Positions 18,020 through 30,170 of a stretch of DNA of 64,000 nt are shown piece after piece (the first letter of the stretch is position 1; each line of letters starts with the position of its first letter). This DNA comes from Prorocentrum cordatum (Eukaryota): the NCBI GenBank assembly GCA_963575745.1, contig CAUYUJ010000303.1, positions 558,001 to 622,000 on the forward strand, written 5' to 3'. The position numbers were made by a program, and so were the translations under genes. A model generated the notes under the pieces. The model made no database searches. It saw only the letters and a list, made by a program, of their open reading frames with translations, and was not told the DNA's origin.

Positions 18020-19760
18020 CTCACTCGATCGGTCCCACTATCGATCTTACGATCGATGTCACCATCGGTTTCGCTCGATCGATCTCACTCGATCGATCTC
18101 ACAATCGATACCATTCGATCTAGTTCATTCGATTGATTTCACAATCGATATGACTATCGATCTCACAATAGATCTCACTATCGACCTCACTTTCGATATC
18201 ACAATCTATCTCACATTCGGGATCACTTTCGATACCACTATCGATATCACAACTGATCTCACAATCAATTTCATCATCATGATCATGGACATCATCGTCA
18301 TCAACGTCATCAACATCATCGTCATCAACATTATCATCATCATCGCGACACCATCAGCATTACCTCATCAACATCATCAGCAACACCACCATCACCATCA
18401 CCATCATCGAGACACCATCATCGTCACCATCATCACCAACATCACCATCATCGGGACCAACACCATCATCATCATCATCATCGGAGCACCGCCATCATCA
18501 TCATCACAACCATCACATCACCATCATCATCATGAACAACATCGTCAATATCATCATCGGGATACCGTGATCATCATCAGCACGATCGTCATCATCAACA
18601 TTATCACTACCGGGACACCATTGCCGCTACCATCATCATCTTCATCATCATCATCATTGGAACACCATCACCATCAACATTAACATCACCATCGAGCCTC
18701 CATCATCATAAGGTTTTCCTCACCTCATCATCCGCCTCGTCATCAACACCGTCATCACCATCGAACACCATCATCGTCATCATCATCAACATCATCACCA
18801 TCGGGACATCATCATCATCACCATCCTGACCATCAACCGCATCATCATCAACATCATCATTATCGGGACACCATCATCACCATCATCTTCATCACCATAT
18901 TCATAATCATCAACATCATCATGATCACCAACATCATCACCACCCGAACACCATCATCATCAGCAACCTCAGCATCATCAACATCAGCATCATCGGGACA
19001 CCGTCGTCATCACCACTATGGCCATCTTCATCGTCATCATCATCACCATCATCGGGACACCATAGCCTCACAATCATCAGCATCAACATCATCATTGTGA
19101 CACCATCATCATCATCATCATCATCGGAACACCAACATCATCATCACCATCACCATCTCATCACCATCATGGGCAACATGAGCATCATCATCATTACCGG
19201 GACACCATCAGCAACATCAGCAACATCATCATCGTCAACATCATCACCATCGGGGCACCATCATCATCGTCACCATCATCAGCACCATCATCATCATCGG
19301 GACACCATCATCATCATCAACAACATCAGCATCATGATCATCATCGTCCGGCCACCACCATTAGAATCATCATCATCACCTCATCATCCTTCTTATCATC
19401 GACATCATCATCATCACCATCATCGGGACATTATCATCGTCATCATTACCATTATCAACATCAGCATCATCGGGACACCATCATCATCAGCACCATAATC
19501 ATCATCAACTTCACCATCAACCTCATCATCATCATCGGGACACTATCATCATCATCTTCTTCATCATCATCATCTCATCATCTCATCATAATCAACATCA
19601 TCAGGATCAACCGCATCATCGCCAGCATCATCGGGACCCCATCATCTTCGTCAGCAACATCAGCATCATCAACATCACCATCATCGGGACCATCATCATC
19701 ACCACCATGGCCATCATCATCATCATCAACAACAGCTGCATCGTCATCGTCATCATCGGG
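18020..19760. repeat. 12-bp CAC(A/T)ATCGATCT-type repeat followed by a ~1.5-kb degenerate (CAT)n tract punctuated by CGGGACAC
   Basis: Directly visible; another (CAT)n tract at ~53970-54283. Confidence 0.95.
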
Positions 19761-20199
19761 ACACCGACGGGACACCGGCGGGACACCGGCGGCACACCTC
19801 GGGGCACCGGTTGCTGGAAGGGAGACTGTTGGTCCGGCCGCGCTTCAGCCAGAGGCGGGACATTTCTCGCCCGCCCACGCAGGTTCGCCTCGCCCGCACG
19901 CACGGCACGCACGAACACGAAACCGAAACCGATTTCCCGATAGGGGGGCACTCCGTTCCACATCGATCTCACCCCCTCACTTCTTCTATCTATATATATA
20001 TACATATAATACAAAACATAAATGTAAATTGTAACAGAGGGAGAGAGAAGCAGAGAACAAAAATGCGCTACCGAGGGAAACCCACATACTTATCATGTGT
20101 CCTGCGTGATTGTAGCTGACGTGGAATGTGCGAGCATGTTGCTCGTGGCCGTTGCTTCGCTGACATCGAATGCGGCGCGGTTCAAGCCTTGGGGGCATG

Positions 20200-21000
20200 A
20201 GACGATTACAACGCCAAAGGGACCACCCCTTGCGCAACGCCTACAGTTTCGAGGAAATGCTGCGCGTGCTATGCCCTTGGCGACCGTGACGGATAGCAGC
20301 CGCGCTGAGTTGCGCACCTTCTATGGTGTCGAGAATATGCCACGCCTGCTATGCCCTGGACGACCGTGGCGGATAGCGGCTGCGCTGAGGGACCACCCAT
20401 TGCGCACTCCGCTTATGGTATCGAGAATATGCCACGCTTGCTATGCCCTGGACGACCGTGGCGGATAGCGGCCGCGCTGAGGGGCCATCCCTTGCGCACT
20501 CCATTTATGGTATCGAGAATATGCCTCGCCTACTGTGCCCTGGACGACCGTGACGGATAGTGGCCGCGCTTAGGGACCACCTTCTGCGCACCCCCAATTT
20601 ACGGTGTCGAGAATATGCCACGCGTGCTATGCCCTGGACGACCCTGACGGATAGCAGCCGCAGGGAGGGACCACCCCCTGCACACCCCCTGTTTATGGTG
20701 TCGAGAATACGCCACGCCTGCCATGCCTTGGACAACCATCGCGCTGAGGGACCACCCCTTGCGCACCCCCGATGGTGTCGAGAATATGCCACGCCTGCTA
20801 TGCCCTGGACGGCCGTGGCGGACAGCGGCTGCGCTGAGGGACCACCCATTGCGCACTCCGTTTATGGTATCGAGAATATGCCACGCCTGCTATGCCCTGG
20901 ACGACCGTGGCGGATAGCGGCCGCGCTGAGGGACCACCCCACGCGTGCTCTGCCCTGGACGACCGTGACGGATAGTGGCCGCGCTGAGGGACTACCCGTT
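20200..21000. repeat. ~92-bp tandem repeat, about 8 copies
   Basis: TCGAGAATATGCC anchors recur at 20329, 20421 and 20513 (92-bp period) and onward. Confidence 0.9.
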
Positions 21001-22141
21001 GAAGTGCCACGTTTGCCACGGCGGTTTTGTAAGTGCGAGCGGGATGGACAAGCAACAGGGTGAGGAGGAGGAGGAGGAGGAGGAGGAGAAGGAGAAGGAA
21101 CACGGGTGCGATGCGGCAGAGAAAAGCATAACCGCACGAAACATGTGGGGAACAAGAGAGAGAGAGAGAACACAAAAAACGAAACGAGAGAGAACGAGAC
21201 AAAGAGAGCGACGACATGTTTTGGGGGTAAAGAGCACGTAGGGGAGAGCACCAGGAGCGTGGATTGGGTTCAGAGGGGCTGCAGTAGGTCGCCCTTAGGG
21301 GCGCGAAGAAAGTCGCGCTGCGCACCGCGCGGGCTGGGCTGGACAGCCCCTCGTCTCTAGGGTCCTGCAGGAGCGCGAAGAGAATCGCGCGTGACGCATC
21401 GCGCGGTGCGACGCACGAGCTCAGGCGATCGTGGAGTCGTGCGCGTCAGGAAGCTCAGGGTGCTGGGCGCGCGGAAGCCAGACAGCACACCAGGAGTCGA
21501 CTGTGGGCGAGCGGGCGCCAGGCGTTGAGGAGGGTGCCGCGTGCACTTTCTCCTCCTCCTCCTCCTCCTTCTCGCGGACGTCCGTGCACCGGTTTACTCC
21601 GAAGAGCCCGATCTTGTGCTCGAGTGGACTCGGGGATTCGGGCACGGTGCCCCAAGCGTGTGGCACGTCGAGAGCTCGGAGGTCCTGATCAGGATCTCGG
21701 GCCAGCGATCAGAATGAGCGCCCGAGGGCGATCATGCTTTTTGTCACCTCCGTTGCGCGCGGCATTGCGGTCGACTGCCACTGTGTGTGTTTTTTGCGTG
21801 CGTTCGGGCGCCACATGGTGTTTTGAACACACACACACACACACACGCACAACGCATGCTGCCCAGTTTGGGATGGCGCTGCGAGTGGTCGCGTATGCTG
21901 TCCGCATCGTTCCCCTCAGAAACAAATGGGCGCCCGAGGGCCCAAGGAGGCCCCCCAAGATATCTCTAAAAGTCTCCCGGGAAGCTCCGAGGAGGCCCAA
22001 GAGTGCCCCCATGGGCTCCCAAGATGCCCCCTCCTCCGCCTCCTCCTCCTCCTAATCCTGCTCTCCTCCTCCTCCTCCTCCTCCTCTTCCGCGGTGCGCA
22101 GCGCAGAGACCCGCCCGCCTCTCCGAGGCCCCGCCGGTCAG

Positions 22142-25100
22142 ATGGACCCGCAGCTGCTGGCCGCAAGGCAGGCGGCGCGCGACAGGTTCGCCGCACACCG
22201 GGCCCGCGAGGCCGCCGGGGCCGCCCCTGGAGGTGGAGGCCAGAGGAGGAAACAGTACTATAGGTCCTCCTGTTCCTCCTCCTCCTCCTCCTCCTCCTCC
22301 TCCTCCTCCTCCTCCTCCTCTACCTCCCCTCTCCTCCTCCTCCTCCTCCCCCTCCTCCTCCTCCTCCTCCTCCTCCTCCTCCTCCTCCTCCTCCTCCTCC
22401 TCCTCTTCCTCCTCCTCCTTTGTGGCCTGGCGTGCCGCAACGGGTGATGGGTAGGGGGCGGTTCGCCCCCCTACCGCGGCCCGTCCGGCGGGGGCGGGGA
22501 GAACCCGTCTGCGTCATCAGCACCCTCAGCACCCTCCTTCTCCTCCTCCTCCTCCTCCTCCTCCTCCTCCTCCTGCTCCTCCTCCTGCGTGGGGCACGGG
22601 CGGAGGCAGGCCGAGCGCCTCGAGGAAGAGAGAGGGCGCCCCGCGCCGCACGGCGGCCCTTCCGCCTATAAGTAATATTGTGGAGGACCATCAATGGAAA
22701 GGAAGCATGCTGCCAAGTATTTTCCTGTTGTCTAACAGATGTATAGCATGCGCTTTTGCTTAACATGTTCAATATATGTTTGGAACGTTTTTGTAACACG
22801 TTTTACACATGTCAACACACGTTTAATTCAATGATCGGATTGTTAGAGTGTCCATTGTCATGGCATCCACAACATTACTCAAGCAGTGGCGAAGCGTCCT
22901 GGCTCGCCTATAGGCCCACCAAGAATATGATAAGAACCTTCTGTTGTTCCCAAGAGATGTTCTAAGAACATTTCGGGCTGTGACTGTCTTGTTCTAACAC
23001 GTCGGGTTGAACATTGTTTTTGTTGTTGGAACATTCTTGGGTTCTAAGAACATGTCGTGGTAGGCCTATAGGACTGCTGGGACGGTCGGTCCCCGCTCGA
23101 AGTACCGATGCCGCTGCCCCTGCCCCATGTTTGCCTTTGTGGGCCTCCTGGGAGGCCCTCGTCGCTACGGCTGGATTCGCCTCGAAGTCGCGGTCAGAGC
23201 GCACCCGGAAGAGGCCCGGGGAACTGTCGTATCGGAAAATATCATTGAATCGCTTCGCTCATTCCGCCGGCCCGTGATATGGCATCGCTGGTTTTTGTCT
23301 GTGTGTTCGTTGCCCATGTTGCGCTCTTGGGGGCGGGTGTCGTTCGGACGCGTTGCGTGGGGAGTTTTGATGGTGAAGCAGTTCCCTGGGGGTCGTCTCT
23401 CGATGGGGCGAAATAGAGTCGTCGTCAAGATGCTTCTTTGGGGGGCCTCTTGGGGTCTGTTGAGAGGCCGTTCGGGGGCGCCTGGGAGACATGTTTGAAG
23501 CCTTCTGGGGCTTCTTTTGGGCCTCCTGGGAGTCTCCTGGGGCCTCTTGGCGACATCTTGGGGCCTCTTGGAGGCCTCTTGGGGCCTCTTTGGGACCTCC
23601 TGGGCGCCTTCTGGGACGGAGGGCTCCATTTTTGAGTTCTCGGTATCCCTCCTGAGTCCCTCTTGGGCCCGTCTTGGGGCCTCTTGGTCCGTCTTGGGCG
23701 GCACTTGGGCCGTCTTGAGGGCTCTCTTGGGTCGTTTCGGCGCCGTCTTGGGAGCTTCGTGGGCCGTCTTGGAGCGGTCTTGGGGGCCTCTTGGGCCGTC
23801 TTGGAGCGTCCGGAAGCCGAAAAAGCCAGAACACAAAAAACATCGAACAAACCAATGAAAATCAACGATTTTGGCCTCTTGGGGCTCTCTTCGGAGGCCT
23901 CTTGGAAGGCTCTTGGGGCGTCTTGGAGGCCTCTTGGGCTGTCTTGGGGGCCTTTTGGGCCGTCTTGGGGTCATCTTCGGCGTCTTCGAGCGCTCTTTGG
24001 GCGTCTCGGGGGCCTCTTGGGCAGTCTTGGGGGCCTCTTGGGGCACTCTGAGCGCGCTCTGGGGAGCCTGAGAGGCCGCACCCAGAAGGAAAACCATCTC
24101 TGAGTAGACTTGGTCGGGCGGCGGTCGGGCGGCGACCGGGCGTTGGTCGGGGTACTTTTCGCCGGGGGACCCCCAGGGGCCGCCCCGCGCGCGCGAACTA
24201 GAAATATTGTTAATACTGTTAACCAGTTACCGGAGATCTTAGCACGCCCTGGCCCGTTGGGCTGGCGAATATAGGCTTACCCCACATCCGCAGATCCCTA
24301 TATAAATTATTGCGCCTCCAGGACTGCATTTCACGAGGCTTGTCCGAATCATGACACGGCACTCGAAATCGTTCTTGTTGCTTCGTTGCTGTTATCGTAC
24401 CTCTCGGTGCTCTTTAGTGGCCCTTTGGTGGCATCTTGGCCTGTCTGCAGGCCATATCCGGCCGCCTCGAGGTATTTTGGAGGCCTTTGAGGTTCTCTTC
24501 GGGGTCCCTCAGGGCCTCTTGGACCCCAGGAGAGGCCCAGGGAGCGGTTGTATCGGAAACTATTCTGTGGTCTCCCGAGGAGGGGTGGGCGACGGGGCCC
24601 CGGCAGCGGGCGCTGCGGTCTCCGAGGCCGTTGCTGCTGCTGGTGCCGCGGCGGCCGCGGCGCCGGCGCCAGCGCGGGCGGAGCCGTCGGCGGCATTTCG
24701 GGCCGGACGAAAGGGCGGGATCGGGAGAGCGGGGGTTACGACATCCGCTGCGTGCAGCTTGTTTCGGCCCATTCCTCGATAGATGGCCGCCTCCGGCGCC
24801 GGGAGGCGCCTGGAAAATCAGCTACGTGAGCTGACTCTCAACCCCCCCCTTTGCTATCCCCCCCTTTCGCCTTGCCTGGGCATTGGCCGCGGCGCGGAGG
24901 GGCGCCATCAGCGGCCTGCCGCCAGAGCTCCTGAACCTGCCGATCTCGGCGCTGCTGGAGGACGGGCCGACCGAGATCGCGCCGCCGATCAAGCGGCGCT
25001 GCCTCGAGCCGGGCCAGCTGCGCGTGCCTCCCGAGCGCACCGACGAGATTCGGAGGGCATTGCAGGAGCGGGCGCCGACGGCGGCGACGACGGCGGCCGC

Positions 25101-27471
25101 GCAGAGGGCGGCGGCGTCGGGCACGGCAGGGCGGCAGCGGCGACGGTGGCAGCCTTGCAGGAGCCGGCGCCGGAGGAGCTGCGCCTGCTCACCTGGAACA
25201 TCGATGGTCTTCGGAGCCCCGAATCATCCGGGGTAACTCGGGTCAGGGCTAACTCGGGTTCGTTTTTCGGGATTCCGAACCCGACTTACCCCGGACCCGA
25301 GTTACCCCGGATAATTCGGGCGTCCAGAGCCCCACATCATCAGGGGTAACTCGGGTCAGGGCTAACTCGGGTTCCTTCTTCGGGAATCCAAACCCGAGTT
25401 ACCCCGGACCCGAGTTACCCCGGATAACTCGGGCGACCAAGGTCTGGACGAGGTCGGCGGCCCGGAGGCTTTGATGCTGCGTACGCTTGCGGCCGCCCTC
25501 GAGGTCGCGCGGCGGCGGCCGTTCGCGGTGCTGCTGCAGGAGGTGGTACCGCCTGCCTTGGAGCTGTTGTCCTCGGAGAAGGTGCTCGGCGGCTCGTACG
25601 AGGTGGTGGTGCCGAAGGACCCGCCTATGTTCGTGGTCTCGGGGCCACCCTGAGGGCCAGTTGGGCAGGGCTATCTTGGACCCCCTGGTGGCCTCCCAGG
25701 AGCCAGCCACGCGGACTCGGATTGCCAACAGTCAGCCAGCCTTGACTGCTTGTTTGGACAATCGGGGCCTGTTTGGTTGGCTCTACTATGTGTGCGTCGC
25801 CCCCCCAGGGGCGACGCGCGCACCGAGAACTCTTATAGTATATGCGTCGTAGCAGGCGCTTTCTGGCCGCACCGCTCGGGAAACGATATACTACAAGATG
25901 GGTATACTATATGTTCGGGTCGGACGCGCGCCTCCAAGGAGGACATATAGTATTAGTATGTCCCTGTGCGTCCCATCTTGGGGCCTCAATGCGCTCAGAG
26001 TGGCCAGACGACCACGGGCCCGTGCCGTACTACGTGGCCATCCTCCTGGACAAGCGCCGCGCGAGGCGCCTCGGCCCGCCGACCACGGTGCCCTTCCCCA
26101 GCACGCGCATGGGGCGGCAGTTGCTGTGCGTGACGCTGCAGCTCGCCGGCGGAGACTCGCCCCTACTGCTGGCCACTGCGCACCTCGAGAGCACGAAGGA
26201 TCTCAGAAGAGGAGAATCGGAGGTTGATAGACCTCCTACCCTGACACGTCGATTGAGGAATTGGCCGTTTTCGGTTCGCGAGAAGGCGTCGCGGCCGTCA
26301 TTTTTGCGGGTCCAGGTCCGTCGGTTTCGGTCCTAGGCCGTTTTCTTTAAAGGGAGGTTTACTAAAGGGAGGTTTGTCCACCGCCGAGAAAAGGTACCCC
26401 TACCGCCATCCTTCCCTCGCTCTCCCCTTTTTGGGCCCCCTGGGAGGCCGTCGCCGCCACCGCTGGATTCGCCTCGAAATTCTGGTCAGAACGCACCCTG
26501 GGAGAGGCCCCGGGGGTAGTGGTGTCGGTACCTTGTGGAATCCCCAGGACCACGCTGCGGAGCGCAGGCGGCAGATGCTGCAGAGCTTGCGCCATTTGCG
26601 CTCCCAGGTAGGCAAGCCGCCGGCCGCGGCGCCAGCCGGCACCGCCCCCGTGGGCGCCGCAGTGTTCGGCGGCGACCTCAACGCGCGTGATGATGACGTC
26701 CGAGAAGTGATGCAGCAGCTGGGGGCGGACGGCGCTGGCGTGGCCGACGCGTGGGTACACTGCGGCTCCCCGGCGGCCGCCCGCTACACTTGGGATACCG
26801 TCGAGAACACCAACGTCGGGGCCAGCTTCTCCTGCAGGACGCGCTTCGACCGCGTGCTCTTCCTGAGCCCCGGGGTGTCCGACAGGGGCCCCGCCCCGAA
26901 GGCCAAGGCAAGGGGCAAGGCGAAGGCCAAGGCGGCCGCGCCCGCCGTGGAGGCGGCCGCCCCGGCGGAGGGCTGGCGGCCCACCGCTGTCTCCCTGGTG
27001 GGCAGGGCGCGGGTGCCTGGCCTGGGGCGCTTCCCCTCGGACCACTGGGGCGTGCTCACTGTCTGGGCGGCCGGCGGCCCAGCCGCGGCGGCGGCCGCCG
27101 CCGCCACGACCGGCCCGGCTTCCGCGGCGAGCAGGACCTCCACGGGGTCCGCCGCCCCTGCGGCGTGCGCCTTCCCGTTGGCGCCGGCGCCGTTGGCGGC
27201 GCCCGCCGCCGCCGCCACGGCCAGCGCAGCCTTCGCGGCGAGCAAGGCCTCCGCGGAGTCCGCCGCCCCTGCGGCGTGCGCTCTGCCGTTGGCGCCCGCG
27301 CCGGTGGATAGGCAGCCGAGGGAGTTCGCGGCGCTGACGACGGGGGGGAAGCACCTGGTCATAGACTTGGGCGACGAGGACTTCGGGGGTAACGCTTGGG
27401 GGGAGAATATCGAAGAAGAAAGCACACCAACGAACATAGACGTGCTTTCTTCCTCAATAGTTAACACGTAG
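22142..27471 (+). CDS. TDP2: TDP2-like tyrosyl-DNA phosphodiesterase (EEP superfamily), 6 exons: 22142-~22232, ~24583-24692, 24880 (or 24900)-25206, 25442-~25629, ~26025 (or 26001)-26198, 26548-27471
   Basis: Spliced motifs appear in the expected order: LLTWNIDGLD, VLLQEV, YYVAILL, FPSTRMGRQLL, TAHLES, RRRQ, FGGDLN, DAW, TWDT..N, RFDRV, FPSDHWGV. Junctions around exons 1-3 and 4-5 are ambiguous. Confidence 0.88.
24698..24879. mobile_element. MITE occupying TDP2 intron 2
   Basis: TIR TCGGGCCGGACGAAAGGG / CCCTTTCGCCTTGCCTGG and an exact 5-bp TSD GCATT. A homologous copy lies at 51226-51420. Confidence 0.85.
25207..25441. mobile_element. Palindromic introner-like element forming TDP2 intron 3 (GT-AG)
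   Basis: Flanked by GGTCT direct repeats and built of two tandem hairpin units GGGGTAACTCGGG...CCCGAGTTACCCC. Removal joins NIDG|LDEV. Confidence 0.85.
25630..26018. mobile_element. TIR element occupying TDP2 intron 4
   Basis: Left end CGTGGTCTCGGGGCCACCCTGAG versus reverse complement of the right end CGTGGTCGTCTGGCCACTCTGAG; degenerate TSD CCTATG/CCCGTG. Confidence 0.7.
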
Positions 27472-28596
27472 GCTCAGGGTGGTGGATGCATCGACTCCAA
27501 TTCGCCCATGCATCGCCGATAGGGACCCAATAGCTCACCCCGCCCAGGAACGTGCGGATTATTGGGGGCCTGTCGCCAATCTACATGCAATGCGGTATCG
27601 TCGATTCAAGGTCGATGCGTGCCCCCTGAGCCAGTCCCCCCTCGTCGTTGCCTCTCAGGACTGAGGTGGGCCAGACTCGGCCCGCCACACTCAGTATGCC
27701 TGTCTTGAGCCGCCGCGCACTCTCGAGGCTTCGCACTCCTGCGCTGGTCTCGGGTTCCCCTATTTAGTTCTGCCAGCTGCTACCGCCGCCAGAGCGGAAG
27801 GATTTGCATGGGGGTGGAGCAAATCCAAAGAGAAGAAAAACACCTCCTCGCCCCCCGCCCCGCCCCTGTCCGCCGCCACCTCGGGTCGATCCGTCTCTGG
27901 CCTGAGGCGCCGCATCACACCTTCGATGAATTTGAAGGGGCGTTCTCCCTGTTGGTTGCTTGCGTGGTTGGGTCGCTTGGGTTGGTCGGTTGATTGGCTC
28001 ATTGGTCGGCAGCTTGCAATCCACCGTTCCCGCCCGCAGCCACCGTGGCTCAGGACCGTTCTTGGTTCGAGGAGCTGCGCAGGCCACCTTCCTCGACCTT
28101 CGACGTGCTTAGTGATTTCTGATGACGCTGGTCGTTTCTCAACCTCAGCAATTGGAAGAGGACCGTGTCGTCTGGCCCCTGGTCTGTCTAAAAAGCAAGG
28201 GGGGTGGAAAACGAATCTTATGGAAGGGGCATAGAAATCCATTGACCAGTCATTGGAACAATTACGTCAGAGGTTTGAGTCACCTTCGATTTGTTTCGAC
28301 AGTCCCGCGCAGGTCGGCGCAATGGAGAAGGCGATCCTTGGGTTGCAACTCCCTGGAATTTCAGTCTGTTGTTGGCCCTCGAGCCTGTCTTAATCTGTCT
28401 TGATCCGGCTCGATCCAGCGTCGTATGGCTTAAGTAATTGTGTCCCATGGTTGATTGAAGTCGGCGTGTGTTCATGCAGTTTAGGAGCTCCTAATCGTGC
28501 CCACGAAGACCTCCTGGGAGTTGCCACCTATTCATCCGTCGCATCGGCATAATTTCTCGGTCTGTTCAAGGCCCAGTTATCTGCGGTGCAGCAGCA

Positions 28597-29121
28597 ATGA
28601 GTATGTCATGAGCGTCCTCCACAGAGTCATCAGCGTTCTACAACCTGTCTGCAAAAAACATCGATGGTGACGAAGTTGCGTTTGATCGTTTTCGTGGGAA
28701 GGTGGTACTAATCGGCAACGTCGCTAGCAGATGAGGCTTTACGCAGACCTATTACAAAGAGCTGATTCAGATGAGCAAGGATGCTGGCTCTGAGGGTCTA
28801 GTGATTATGGCATTTCCATGCAACCAATTTGGAGGACAAGAGCCCGGTAGCAATGCTGATATCAAAGCGTTCGCTACCAAGCTAGGCGTTCCCGACAATG
28901 ACAGCTTCATGATGATGAACAAGGTTGACGTTAACGGCCGTGATACTCATCCAGTTTACCAATTCTTGAAGGCTGCCACCGCAGACAGCAGTGACATCAA
29001 ATGGAATTTCGCATCGTATTGGCTCGTCGACAGGTACGGCTCTGTACAGCGATTAAAAGGTGCTGGCACGACGCCTAAGAAGTCTGCAGAGAAGGTGGCA
29101 GCTGCCCTGTCTGCCGAGTAA
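28597..29121 (+). CDS. GPX: Selenocysteine glutathione peroxidase (GPx4/PHGPx-like), 174 aa, intronless, with in-frame TGA at codons 5 and 46
   Basis: MSMS-U-ASSTESSAFYNLSAKNIDGDEVAFDRFRGKVVLIGNVASR-U-GFTQTYY...AFPCNQFGGQEPG...KVDVNG...HPVYQFLK...IKWNF. TGA 28732-28734 is at the catalytic NVASxU position; the other TGA is 28609-28611. Confidence 0.93.
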
Positions 29122-29188
29122 AAAGTTGGGTGCTGCCGGAGTGATCTCACACCCAGGCGATTTGGGACAACAGGGTGCAGTTGGTTGA

Positions 29189-29267
29189 CATGCATCGCAG
29201 TACAATGACGTCAAGGTCATGGGTATCTTTCCAACCCATCGCTTCTGGTGGAAATTCCTGTAGCATG
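29189..29267 (+). promoter_or_regulatory. SECIS-like element in the GPx 3' UTR
   Basis: Hand fold: lower helix CAUGC..GCAG / CUGU.GCAUG, core AUGAC (29205-29209) / GGAA (29250-29253), upper helix GUCAAGG..AUGGGU / ACCCAU..CUUCUGGU. The apical AA motif is not evident. Confidence 0.55.
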
Positions 29268-30170
29268 ATGCCGGCATGCCGTTGTCCTCATCTTTTTCTA
29301 CCTTGAAGAGCCAATAGCCCTGGATCTCGCAGGACAAAAGCATGCGAACGGAGTCTCGTACAAAAGAGGGGGCACGGCGGAGTGCCCGCGGGATACGGCC
29401 CCGTGCCAATCGCCCCATCATGTGAGACGGATAGAGGGAAGGGGCATGATGAGGGGGAGAGGTGAGAGTAGATGAGAGGGAAGGGGAGGTGATCAATGGT
29501 TGTCGTGTGTGGTTTTGTGGTTTTGACAGTTCTGGAAGTACCCAGATCGTCGGGTAGGGCGATTCCGAAACACGGGCATCAGACAATGTATGCCCCCGCC
29601 ATTCTTTGCAAGGTAATTCCAGTGGTCTCCGCACTTGTCGCATTTGCGTTAGGGGAGGACGGACGTCAGTGGGGTCCTCGGTACACGCGACTTCCACATT
29701 GAATGCCCTTCTGAGGTCATCAGGAAATCGATGTATACATACCAATGCTGAGTCCCGACTGCTAGGTTTATCATCTTGTGTTGGTGTGGAGGGGACTAGT
29801 GGCCGAGACGGCTAGTAGTCTCCGTTTTGCAGGTTTACGTGTACGCACGTGCATGTAGTCATTGACATCTGACCGCAGGTCTGCATGTGTACCAGAGTGA
29901 GGGTGCCGAACGGTCTTACACAATCCTTGGGTGCATGGTTGAAGTGGAATTTCGCAGCGCGGATTATGTTTGTTGTTGTTGTCGTCGTCCTCGCTTGTCA
30001 CCCGCCCCTGACCCACCCGTGACCCGCCCACGACCCACCCCCGACCCATCCGCAGCCCACCCACATTGTTCCCGAAATCTGGAGTCGAGTTCTTGTCCTG
30101 GCCACCCTCTCCTCCTCTCGCCTCATCCCTCCTCCTCATCCTCTTCCTCCTCCCCCTCTTCCTGTTACTT

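Noticed and set aside
17961..19775. His/Ile/Ser-rich ORFs
   Set aside because: Translations of the (CAT)n microsatellite.
28540..28570. Relict dinoflagellate spliced leader as a feature
   Set aside because: Only the terminal TCAAG matches well; too weak to call.
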